From Macrostomum lignano (lineage: Eukaryota): a stretch of DNA of 64,000 bases. The DNA lies in contig NIVC01000487.1 in NCBI GenBank assembly GCA_002269645.1, positions 186,001-250,000 of the forward strand. Direction: 5' to 3'. Shown here in pieces: positions 39,069-51,800 of this stretch; the stretch's first letter is position 1; each line of letters starts with the position of its first letter. The notes beneath the pieces were generated by a model. The model made no database searches, was not told the DNA's origin, and was given only the letters and a program-made list of their open reading frames with translations. The translations under genes and the position numbers were made by a program.

Positions 39069-41990
39069 GGCAGGGCCGCAGACAGCGGAGAGCCAGCCAG
39101 CTCGAACAGCTGCTGCAGACCGACAGAGCGACCGCCAGTCACCAGCAGCACAATGTTGGCCGACTGCGGCCTGGCCAGCTGGCCCGGCCCCACGTGTCGG
39201 CCATAGACAGCGGCCAGAGCGGCGCCGCAGACCGGCTCAGTCAGCAGCTGGTGCTGGCAAAGGAAGCTGACGCTGGCCCTGGCCGCCTCATCCTGGCTGC
39301 AGGTCACCGAGTGCAACGGCTGCTCGCGGGCCGCGTCCAGCGCCCGCTGGCACGGCCGGCCGACTCCGCCGCCGCCACCACCATCGAGGCAGCCGCCGTT
39401 GGTCGTTCGCAGCTCGGCGGCGATCACCGGCGTGGTGACCCAGCCGTAGCGCCACAGGCCAGACACGACGCCGGACAGTAGGCCGCCGCCGGACACAGGC
39501 AAAACGATAGCGTCGGGCTGTTCGCCGTTCAACGCCTCGGCGAGTTCGTCAACCAGGCCGCTGTAGCCCGTCCAGACGTCCTCGCTGTCGAACGGATGCA
39601 GCAGGCAGGCGGAGCGGCCCAGCTGGCCGGCCAGCAGCTCCGCTTGGCTGTGCGCCTCGGGCCAGTCGGCGCCGTGCAGCAACACCTGGGCGCCTTCGTC
39701 GGCGATGCGAGCGCGAGCCTCTTGGGCTACGGCGGCATCGTTGGCATTGGATGCGGCTGATTCGGGCAGCACGACGGTGCACTGCAGGCCGAGACGGGCA
39801 GCCGAGTAGGCGCAGGCCAAGCCGGAGTTGCCGGCGCAGCTGCTGCTGGTCACCACCTATTTATTTATTGATTGAAAGTTGATTGAAAAATACAGATAAT
39901 GTCCTGACTAACTACTGAAGAAACGCATGTTGAGTAGCATTAAGATATCGTGTTTTCCTAGAAAGTCCTACAACTGTGACTAAAATTTGTTGCAATAGTT
40001 TACAGTTAAAGCGCCATTCAGCTGAAAAGATACATCTGATTTGCGAAATTTATAATTTTCTTTGCTTTTTATCCTTCACGTCTGAATTTTGGATACTATT
40101 GTATGTGTTGTGATAAGTTTTTGCATCCCGTTGCAGTCTGCTATCTGGAACAAGCCATTTGCTTTTGGCCATTCAGGCAAAGCATTTTAAACCATCAGCC
40201 TGATTATAGTTCTGCCATATTGATGCAATAATGTCCTGCCGTCATGATTTTTAAAGGTGAAAGCTTGCAGTCTGCCTGAGGATCAAGAGGTTGGGATTCC
40301 CTGAAAGTTAGGAGGTATTAAATGACTACCTGAAGGTTGAGAGGTGCTAAATGACTACCTGAAGGTTGAGAGGTGTTAAATGACTACCTGAAGGTTGGGA
40401 GGTGTTAAAGGACTACCTGAAGGTTGAGAGGTGTTAAATGACTACCTGCAGGTTGGGAGGTGTTAAAGGACTACCTGAAGGTTGGGAGGTGTTAAAGGAC
40501 TACCTGAAGGTTGAGAGGTGTTAAATGACTACCTGAAGGTTGAGAGGTGTTAAAGGACTACCTGAAGGTTGAGAGGTGTTAAATGACTACCTGCAGGTTG
40601 GGAGGTGTTAAATGACTACCTGAAGGTTGGGAGGTGTTAAATGACTACCTGAAGGTTGGGAGGTGTTAAAGGACTACCTGCAGGTTGGGAGGTGTTAAAT
40701 GACTACCTGAAGGTTAGGAGGTGCTAAATGACTACCTGAAGGTTGGGAGGTGTTAAATGACTACCTGAAGGTTGGGAGGTGTTAAAGGACTACATGAAGG
40801 TTGAGAGGTGTTAAATGACTACCTGAAGGTTGGGAGGTGTTAAAGGACTACCTGAAGGTTGAGAGGTGTTAAATGACTATCTGCAGGTTGGGAGGTGCTA
40901 AATGACTACCTGAAGGTTGGGAGGTGCTAAATGACTACCTGAAGGTTGGGAGGTGCTAAATGACTACCTGAAGGTTGGGAGGTGTTAAAGGACTACCTGA
41001 AGGTTGAGAGGTGTTAAATTACTACCTGAAGGTTGAGAGGTGTTAAATGACTACCTGAAGGTTGGGAGGTGTTAAAGGACTACCTGAAGGTTAAGAGGTG
41101 TTAAATGACTACCTGAAGGTTGAGAGGTGTTAAATGACTACCTGAAGGTTGAGAGGTGTTAAAGGACTACCTGAAGGTTGAGAGGTGTTAAATGACTACC
41201 TGAAGGTTGGGAGGTGCTAAATGACTACCTGAAGGTTGGGAGGTGCTAAATGACTACCTGAAGGTTGGGAGGTGCTAAATGACTACCTGAAGGTTGGGAG
41301 GTGCTAAATGACTACCTGAAGGTTGGGAGGTGCTAAATGACTACCTGAAGGTTGGGAGGTGCTAAATGACTACCTGAAGGTTGGGAGGTGCTAAATGACT
41401 ACCTGAAGGTTGGGAGGTGCTAAATGACTACCTGAAGGTTGGGAGGTGCTAAATGACTAAATGAAGGTTGAGATGTATTTAACGATTACCTGAGGATTGA
41501 GAGTGAAATAGCGCCATAAACTCACGTGAGTGAAGCCCCGCTCAGCGGCCCGCCGCACGGCGTGAGCCATGCCGCGCAGGCACACGGACCCAGTTGGCTG
41601 GCAATTCTCCAGTTTGAGCCAAACGCGGCAGCCTTTGATGCCCATAGCTCTGGCCAGTGGCCGACTTTCAATCAGCGGAGTCCGCACGTGCAGCGGCAGC
41701 GGCGCCGGGACGCCAGCCGATGCGGCGGCCGCGGTGGCCAAGTCCGGGCACAGCAGGCCCAGCTGCGACAGAGCAGTCAGGGCGTCGTGCGGCGGCGAGT
41801 CCAAACTCGAGCCGTTGCTAGACAGCGAGACGTCAAGGTCGGAGGTGATCTCCTTGTGCCCGGCCAGTCTGTGCCCGCCATTGCCGCCGCCGCCGCTACC
41901 GCCGCCGCCACCACCGATGCCGTTGCTAGTGAGAGTGCGGAAAGCGTTCTGCGTGCCCAGAGCGTTGAACATGAGCAGGCTGTCAACCAT
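39017..41990 (-). CDS. Serine dehydratase-like (PLP fold-type II) protein lacking the Schiff-base lysine; complement(join(39017..39856,41526..41990)), 434 aa if independent; frame also open upstream to an acceptor at 42090
   Basis: SDS/SDSL motifs: LHVRTPLIES, VWLKLENCQPTGSVCLRG, VVTSSSCAGNSGLACAYSAARLG, LLHPFD, PDAIVLPVSGGGLLSGV, EPVCGAALAAVY, VLLVTGG. GT-AG intron in phase 0. Confidence 0.88.
40310..41460. repeat. 29-bp array (GACTACCTGAAGGTTGGGAGGTGCTAAAT)n in SDS-like intron
   Basis: Direct reading. Confidence 0.95.
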
Positions 41991-42239
41991 TTCCTCTATG
42001 CCAGCCTGCGTGCCGCCGAAGCCGAAGCTGCCGCTGCCGCCGCCCCCAGTTGGACTGTCGGAGTCCAGCAGGCGGCTGAGACCACCGAATCTGCGGCGCG
42101 ATTGGGTTTGAAGATTTGAGATGAGATGAGCGATCTGGATCTGTCAGCGGCGCTCTGGCCTGCTGTACTTTTGCACTGGGTTGGGGTGCCATAGAAATAA
42201 ACTTAACGATTACGTATGCGCCTCTCAGCCTCGGTCTTT

Positions 42240-43810
42240 TTGTCTGTCTGTCTTAGTGTCTGCTTGTCTGTTTTTTAGTGTCTGTCCGTCTGTCTTAGTG
42301 TCTGCTTGTCTGTTTTTTTAGTGTCTGTCCGTCTGTCTTAGTGTCTGCTTGTCTGTTTTTTTAGTGTCTGTCCGTCTGTCTTAGTGTCTGCTTGTCTGTT
42401 TTTTTAGTGTCTGTCCGTCTGTCTTAGTGTCTGTTTGTCTGTTTTTTAGTGTCTGTCCGTCTGTCTTAGTGTCTGTTTGTCTGTTTTTTAGTGTCTGTCC
42501 GTCTGTCTTAGTGTCTGTTTGTCTGTTTTTTAGTGTCTGCCCGTCTGTCTTAGTGTCTGCTTGTCTGTTTTTTTAGTGTCTGTCCGTCTGTCTTAGTGTC
42601 TGTTTGTCTGTTTTTTAGTGTCTGTCCGTCTGTCTTAGTGTCTGTTTGTCTGTTTTTTAGTGTCTGTCCGTCTGTCTTAGTGTCTGTTTGTCTGTTTTTT
42701 AGTGTCTGCCCGTCTGTCTTAGTGTCTGCTTGTCTGTTTTTTTAGTGTCTGTCCGTCTGTCTTAGTGTCTGCTTGTCTGTTTTTTTAGTGTCTGTCCGTC
42801 TGTCTTAGTGTCTGTTTGTCTGTTTTTTAGTGTCTGCCCGTCTGTCTTAGTGTCTGCTTGTCTGTTTTTTTAGTGTCTGCCCGTCTGTCTTAGTGTCTGC
42901 TTGTCTGTTTTTTTAGTGTCTGCCCGTCTGTCTTAGTGTCTGCTTGTCTGTTTTTTTAGTGTCTGCCCGTCTGTCTTAGTGTCTGCTTGTCTGTTTTTTT
43001 AGTGTCTGCCCGTCTGTCTTAGTGTCTGCTTGTCTGTTTTTTTAGTGTCTGTCCGTCTGTCTTAGTGTCTGCTTGTCTGTTTTTTTAGTGTCTGCCCGTC
43101 TGTCTTAGTGTCTGTTTTAGTTTCCGTCTGTTTTAGTGTCTGTTTTAGTGTCTGATTAGTGCCTGTCTTAAAGTCTGTCTGTCTGGCAGTTTTAGTGTCT
43201 GTCTGTCTGCTTTAGTGTCTGTCTGTCTGCTTTAGTGTCTGTCTGTCTGCTTTAGTGTCTGTCTGTCTGATTTAGTGTCTGTCTGTCTGCCTTAGTGTCT
43301 GTCTGTCTGATTTAGTGTCTGTCTGTCTGCTTTAGTGTCTGTCTGTCTGATTTAGTGTCTGTCTGTCTGCTTTAGTGTCTGTCTGTCTGCTTTAGTGTCT
43401 GTCTGTCTGCTTTAGTGTCTGTCTGTCTGCTTTAGTGTCTGTCTGTCTGCTTTAGTGTCTGCCTGTCTGCTTTAGTGTCTGTCTGTCTGCTTTAGTGTCT
43501 GTCTGTCTGCTTTAGTGTCTGTCTGTCTGCTTTAGTGTCTGTCTGTCTGCTTTAGTGTCTGTCTGTCTGCTTTAGTGTCTGTCTGTCTGATTTAGTGTCT
43601 GTCTGTCTGCCTTAGTGTCTGTCTGTCTGATTTAGTGTCTGTCTGTCTGCTTTAGTGTCTGTCTGTCTGTCTGTTTTAGTGTCTGTCTGTCTGATTTAGT
43701 GTCTGTCTGTCTGCTTTAGTGTCTGTCTGTCTGATTTAGTGTCTGTCTGTCTGCTTTAGTGTCTGTCTGTCTGCTTTAGTGTCTGTCTCTGTCTTAGTGT
43801 CTGTCTTAGT
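42240..43810. repeat. Bipartite array: ~42-43-bp unit (TGTCTGTCCGTCTGTCTTAGTGTCTGCTTGTCTGTTTTTTTAG) followed by a 20-bp unit (TTAGTGTCTGTCTGTCTGCT)
   Basis: Direct reading; the unit changes near 43130. Confidence 0.95.
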
Positions 43811-44562
43811 GCCTGTTTTTAGCATTTGTCTGTCTTATTTGGCCTGTCTTCTGTCGTCTTAATTTCTGCCTGAATCTGGCTTAATGTTTCTTCAGTATAT
43901 TCATATCTGTTTTTTATGTCTTACTAGTAGTGACTTAGTGACCGAATGTCTGCCTGTCTTAATATCGTGTCCATCCGTCTGTCCTCCTGTCCGTATTCAT
44001 GCCAGTTTATTTTTACACATCTATATATAGATAGCTCGTATTCCAAAGATCGAAGCAACCACGCTTTGCATTTTAGCCCGCTAGTCGGAAATTATCGGAA
44101 ATCGATAACATCGATAATTTTACACAGGTAATCTCAAGCAGAAGTCTTTTTGCACAGCATTCCTCGCCTAAATTTCTGTTTAAGAAGCTGTCTCAATACT
44201 AAGCTCAGACTGTCCTACGTGTGTCGCCCCTAATATCAATGCTCGAGACTTAAGGGCCTTAGGCTCGATTCTTAGCGTAGCATACCAGCTGTAAAGCAAG
44301 CCAATGCTAGAAATGTACAATTCCCCCGACAACAAGCCAAGTTAAATTAAACATCAGCCTGTCTGTAACATAAAGCGTATTTCACAAATATAAATTACAG
44401 AACCAGCTACACCAAGGTGAAGCTTTCCAAATTCGATGCTAATCTCTGCCGAATTTCCGTCGGCTAAAGCCGATCCTTTACCCACCTGTCTGGCCAAGCC
44501 GCAGTGCGGGTCAAGGGGCGAACAAACAAGTTGAACAACACGAAGCTATGAAGAGTTATTTT

Positions 44563-44716
<154 letters not shown>

Positions 44717-45120
44717 GACAGTAAGCTACGCCGCACAAGATCGCATTGCACAATGCATAATAAAATTTGTAAAAGCAAAGATTTCGCTTCGTTATTATTA
44801 GTTGTAAAACTGAATTGCTGCTGCTGTAGCCTAAGAGAGAGTGGGAGAGAGGGGGGCAGGGGTAGGTGGCCATTGTCAGATAGGGAGCTTACACACTTGC
44901 AGGGTACTGCACCTGTGCACCTTAATTTCTGCGCTAGTGAGGGCAACTATAGAAGAGCCATGTTTCAATGTAGTAACACTGTTAAAAAGTGACCATTTTT
45001 ATTACCTTTATCTCTGCCCACTTCATTCTTAATTCCTAGTCGATTTTTTATACTCCTTTGAAGAACACCGATGCGCTGTAAAATTCTTTGGCATTTTGAC
45101 ATATAGAGTCTTCGAGGGGC

Positions 45121-45845
45121 ACCAGTCCTCTCCCAGCTCTCTTAGATCAGACACCAGTCCTCTCCCAGCTCTCTTAGATCAGACACCAGGCCTCTCCCAG
45201 CTCTGTTAGATCAGACACCAGTCCTCTCCCAGCTCTGTTAGATCAGACACCAGTCCTCTCCCAGCTCTGTTAGATCAGACACCAGTCCTCTCCCAGCTCT
45301 GTTAGATCAGACACCAGTCCTCTCCCAGCTCTGTTAGATCAGACACCAGTCCTCTCCCAGCTCTGTTAGATCAGACACCAGGCCTCTCCCAGCTCTCTTA
45401 GATCAGACACCAGTCCTCTCCCAGCTCTCTTAGATCAGACACCAGTCCTCTCCCAGCTCTCTTAGATCAGACACCAGTCCTCTCCCAGCTCTCTTAGATC
45501 AGACACCAGTCCTCTCCCAGCTCTCTTAGATCAGACACCAGTCCTCTCCCAGCTCTGTTAGATCAGACACCAGTCCTCTCCCAGCTCTCTTAGATCAGAC
45601 ACCAGTCCTCTCCCAGCTCTCTTAGATCAGACACCAGTCCTCTCCCAGCTCTGTTAGATCAGACACCAGGCCTCTCCCAGCTCTGTTAGATCAGACACCA
45701 GTCCTCTCCCAGCTCTGTTAGATCAGACACCAGTCCTCTCCCAGCTCTGTTAGATCAGACACCAGTCCTCTCCCAGCTCTCTTAGATCAGACACCAGTCC
45801 TCTCCCAGCTCTGTTAGATCAGACACCAGTCCTCCCCCAGCTCCC
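45121..45845. repeat. 32-bp array (TAGATCAGACACCAGTCCTCTCCCAGCTCTCT)n
   Basis: Direct reading; starts 22 nt from the end of ELAV-like exon 2. Confidence 0.95.
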
Positions 45846-45863
45846 CAGCTCAAACAGCAGTGC

Positions 45864-48800
45864 TCACCCGCCGGAGCCGAAGCCAGAGGAGCCGTTGAGG
45901 CCCGGGCTGGGGCCGCACAGGCTGGCGCTAAGCCGGCAGCCGGAGGCGCCCCCGGCCGCAGCGGCGCCCAGACCGGCCGAGTCACGTTGCCGCCCGGTGT
46001 CCAGCGGCAGGTTGAACGAAGCGGACAGGCCGGCGTGGCGCGGGCCGGACCGGGCCCTGGCCGAGCCGTCCTCGGCGAATTTCACCAGCAGCGGGGCCGG
46101 CCACTCAGGTCCCTGGATTGGAGCAAAATGCAAACATGTATTACAAACAGTTAGTACACAGCTCCTCAGTACACAGACCCTCATACATGAACCCTCAGTA
46201 CACAGCCCCACAGTACACAGACCCTCAGTACACAGCCCCACAGTACACAGACCCTCAGTACACAGACCCTCAGTACACAGACCCTCAGTACACAGACACT
46301 CAGTACACAGCCCCACAGTACACAGACCCTCAGTACACAGACCCTCAGTACACAGACCCTCATACATGAACCCTCAGTACACAGCCCCACAGTACACAGA
46401 CCCTCAGTACACAGACCCTCAGTACACAGACCCTCAGTACACAGACACTCAGTACACAGCCCCACAGTACACAGACCCTCAGTACACAGACCCTCAGTAC
46501 ACAGACACTCAGTACACAGACACTCAGTACACAGCCCCACAGTACACAGACCCTCATACGTGAACCCTCAGTACACAGCCCCACAGTACACATACCATCA
46601 GTACACAGACCCTCAGTACACAGACCCTCAGTGCACAGATCCTCAGTACATAGACCCTCAGTACACAAACCTTCAGTACGCAGACCCTCAGTACACAGAC
46701 CCTCAGTACACAGACCCTCAGTACACAAACCTTCAGTACACAGACCCTCAGTACACAAACCTTCAGTACGCAGACCCTCAGTACACAGCCCCACAGTACA
46801 CAGACCATCAGTACACAGACCCTCAGTGCACAGACCCTCAGTGCACAGACCGTCATACATGAACCCTGTCTTATCTAATTCTATGAAAAAACGTTTGCCA
46901 AATCAGTTAGGAAGTGACCTACAAAAGTGTTTTGATAGTCCTTCAACTATATTAGAATTCAACTTCGAATTGCCCGATCAAGGCCGGCTAGCGGCATGAA
47001 GTATTGCATTAGCAAGGCGGGGAATTTTCATTTTAAGCACCAAAATTGGCTATTACATCTTGTTTTTGGACTTTTAAAAAGCATTTTGATCGGAAGTAAT
47101 TACACAATTGAATATTAATCGAAAGATTTTCTAAGGTCAGCATCCGATAGCTACGAACTTTATATATAGAAATAGACAATTAATTAAAGTACAGAGAAAA
47201 CTTTTGAATCGAAGAATTTTCTATTCGAAGATAGGACAAGCTAGATAGCCTAGCTAAGTCTGCAGTAATATTATATAGAGTTGTGAGTGCCCACAATTTT
47301 CCCACACTTTCATCACATGCTGTTACGAGTATTGCGCTGCAGTGAGATAAAAAATTGCAATTGTGAATGCCGTCAGTCAAAGCTTAGTATGCAGTACTTG
47401 TGCTCGAAGAGCGCACCCCCTGTCGCTGTCGCTATTCTCAGCACCCCAAGATGAACAATAGAATATAATATAATGTACAAATAAGAAGCAAGCATATTAT
47501 TACATCACGTAGGCAAAATTATACAGTAGAATATAATGACGGAACTTTACAGATGATTTAAGAACACTGGTTAATAGGAAAGCGAAACGCTTACACTAGT
47601 GGGGCTACACTACACCAGCTGATCAGCGTCCAGGCCAGCAAACAAGGGGGGAGGAGACAATTTCAAGCAATAATGACAGCCCCAGTAAAGTACAATGAGT
47701 CAGCCTTCTCTCTCTCTCTCTCGCACACACAGACACACTGAGAAGACAAGCTGAGTACAGTCGCATTAGTAAGAGGCGGCTATGGTGGGAAGTCTCACAA
47801 TGGGTCTGCGTACTGATGAGTGGAACCGGCCTCCCCCCCGTATTTCTCCCGTAGGCATATAATAAAATAGCTAAGAGCTCCAACTGAGAGCAGAGAGCGA
47901 GCGAGACAGGGGAGCTCAGGGGGGGGGGGAGTGAGCAGAGAACCGCGCTTTGAGCCCAGGTGAGAGGCTCATTTCAGGCATTAAAAAAAACCATTGAACC
48001 AAACACACACAGAGTTGGTGGGGTAGACTAGGCTTTGGCTACAAAAACTGCGGTGGTCCGCGACCTACAGTAGGCTATTAATAGTGAAAATGTACGCTGA
48101 GATGACGCAAAGCAGCTGAGGTGATGAAGAGTACAGGGAGACACTCAATTTTTCTAAGAGCAGAACTTTGTTCTATTTATCACACATTATAAAATCTGAC
48201 TCACATTTTTTGGGCCAGCATTAGCGTTTTTTCTTGCTTTAATTAGACAGCAGTTATCAATCATATAATGCACATTTAAGTTGTTCAGATCTATGAGTTA
48301 GCAGGTACAGCCGGTTATAAGGCGAGATGGTCAGATAATACATTGTAAAGCTTATGTGGATAATATGCGGATATAGATAGGTACTTTAATCTTTAAACCC
48401 TATATTCTTTTTAACGACCACAATTTATCAAGGCAATGCAGTAACAGCCCGAGATTCGATTGCAAGCCAGCAAACAACGGAAATGGCATGGCAATGGCGT
48501 ATAGTTAAAGACAAAGTGTACAATAAAGGTCACCGTTATGGGCGACTAGCTAAAATTGAATGTTAGTGTAACAGAATCTCTAGTCTGTTTATAAGCAGAA
48601 ATTCAGGCAAGCAAACCACTATTGATATGAGGTGTGCAGCAAGCCTACCCTCTCAGATGTTCAGGTGTGCAGCATGCCTACCCTCTCAGATGTTCAGGTG
48701 TGCAGCAAGCCTACCCTCTCAGATGTTCAGGTGTGCAGCAAGCCTACCCTCTCAGATGTTCAGGTGTGCAGCATGCCTACCCTCTCAGATATTCAGGTGT

Positions 48801-51800
48801 GCAGCATGCCTACCCTCTCAGATATTCAGGTGTGCAGCATGCCTACCCTCTCAGATGTTCAGGTGTGCAGCATGCCTACCCTCTCAGATGTTCAGGTGTG
48901 CAGCAAGCCTACCCTCTCAGATGTTCAGGTGTGCAACATGCCTACCCTCTCAGATGTTCAGGTGTGCAGCATGCCTACCCTCTCAGATATTCAGGTGTGC
49001 AGCATGCCTACCCTCTCAGATGTTCAGGTGTGCAGCATGCCTACCCTCTCAGATATTCAGGTGTGCAGCATGCCTACCCTCTCAGATGTTCAGGTGTGCA
49101 GCATGCCTACCCTCTCAGATGTTCAGGTGTGCAGCATGCCTACCCTCTCAGATATTCAGGTGTGCAGCATGCCTACCCTCTCAGATGTTCAGGTGTGCAG
49201 CATGCCTACCCTCTCAGATATTCAGGTGTGCAGCATGCCTACCCTCTCAGATGTTCAGGTGTGCAGCATGCCTACCATCTCAGATGTTCAGGTGAGACAC
49301 AGCTACCATCTCAGATGTTCAGGTGAGACACAGCTACCATCTCAGATGTTCAGGTGAGACACAGCTACCCTCTCAGATGTTCAGGTGAGACACAGCTACC
49401 ATCTCAGATGTTCAGGTGAGACACAGCTACCATCTCAGATGTTCAGGTGAGACACAGCTACCATCTCAGATGTTCAGGTGAGACACAGCTAACCTCTCAG
49501 ATGTTCAGGTGAGACACAGCTACCCCCTCAGATAATCAGGTGAGACACAGCTACCATCTCAGATGTTCAGGTGAGACACAGCTACCATCTCAGATGTTCA
49601 GGTGGGACACAGCTAACCTCTCAGATGTTCAGGTGAGACACAGCTACCATCTCAGATGTTCAGGTGAGACACAGCTACCATCTCAGATGTTCAGGTGAGA
49701 CACAGCTACCATCTCAGATGTTCAGGTGAGACACAGCTACCATCTCAGATGTTCAGGTGAGACACAGCTACCATCTCAGATGTTCAGGTGAGACACAGCT
49801 ACCATCTCAGATGTTCAGGTGAGACACAGCTACCATCTCAGATGTTCAGGTGAGACACAGCTACCATCTCAGATGTTCAGGTGAGACACAGCTACCATCT
49901 CAGATGTTCAGGTGAGACACAGCTACCATCTCAGATGTTCAGGTGAGACACAGCTACCATCTCAGATGTTCAGGTGAACCCAGCTACCCTCTCAGATGTT
50001 CAGGTGAGACACAGCTACCATCTCAGATGTTCAGGTGAGACACAGCTACCATCTCAGATGTTCAGGTGAGACACAGCTACCATCTCAGATGTTCAGGTGA
50101 GACACAGCTACCATCTCAGATGTTCAGGTGAGACACAGCTACCATCTCAGATGTTCAGGTGAGACACAGCTACCATCTCAGATGTTCAGGTGAGACACAG
50201 CTAACCTCTCAGATGTTCAGGTGAGACACAGCTACATCTCAGATAATCAGGTGAGACACAGCTACCATCTCAGATGTTCAGGTGAGACACAGCTACCATC
50301 TCAGATGTTCAGGTGAGACACAGCTACCATCTCAGATGTTCAGGTGAGACACAGCTAACCTCTCAGATGTTCAGGTGAGACACAGCTACCCTCTCAGATG
50401 TTCAGGTGAGACACAGCTACCATCTCAGATGTTCAGGTGAGACACAGCTACCATCTCAGATGTTCAGGTGAGACACAGCTACCATCTCAGATGTTCAGGT
50501 GAGACACAGCTACCATCTCAGATGTTCAGGTGAGACACAGCTACCATCTCAGATGTTCAGGTGAGACACAGCTACCATCTCAGATGTTCAGGTGAGACAC
50601 AGCTACCCTCTCAGATGTTCAGGTGAGACACAGCTACCCTCTCAGATGTTCAGGTGAGACACAGCTACCATCTCAGATGTTCAGGTGAGACACAGCTACC
50701 ATCTCAGATGTTCAGGTGAGACACAGCTACCATCTCAGATGTTCAGGTGAGACACAGCTACCATCTCAGATGTTCAGGTGAGACACAGCTAACCTCTCAG
50801 ATGTTCAGGTGAGACACAGCTACCATCTCAGATGTTCAGGTGAGACACAGCTACCATCTCAGATGTTCAGGTGAGACACAGCTAACTTCTCAGATGTTCA
50901 GGTGAGACACAGCTACCATCTCAGATGTTCAGGTGAGACACAGCTACCATCTCAGATGTTCAGGTGAGACACAGCTACCATCTCAGATGTTCAGGTGAGA
51001 CACAGCTACCATCTCAGATGTTCAGGTGAGACACAGCTACCATCTCAGATGTTCAGGTGAGACACAGCTACCATCTCAGATGTTCAGGTGAGACACAGCT
51101 ACCCTCTCAGATGTTCAGGTGAGACACAGCTACCCTCTCAGATGTTCAGGTGAGACACAGCTACCATCTCAGATGTTCAGGTGAGACACAGCTACCATCT
51201 CAGATGTTCAGGTGAGACACAGCTACCATCTCAGATGTTCAGGTGAGACACAGCTAACCTCTCAGATGTTCAGGTGAGACACAGCTACCATCTCAGATGT
51301 TCAGGTGAGACACAGCTACCATCTCAGATGTTCAGGTGAGACACAGCTAACCTCTCAGATGTTCAGGTGAGACACAGCTAACCTCTCAGATGTTCAGGTG
51401 AGACACAGCTACCATCTCAGATGTTCAGGTGAGACACAGCTACCATCTCAGATGTTCAGGTGAGACACAGCTACCATCTCAGATGTTCAGGTGAGACACA
51501 GCTGCCATCTCAGATGTTCAGGTGAGACACAGCTACCATCTCAGATGTTCAGGTGAGACACAGCTACCATCTCAGATGTTCAGGTGAGACACAGCTATCC
51601 TCTCAGATGTTCAGGTGAGACACAGCTAACCTCTCAGATGTTCAGGTGAGACACAGCTACCCTCTCAGATGTTCAGGTGAGACACAGCTACCATCTCAGA
51701 TGTTCAGGTGAGACACAGCTAACCTCTCAGATGTTCAGGTGAGACACAGCTACCCTCTCAGATGTTCAGGTGAGACACAGCTACCATCTCAGATGTTCAG

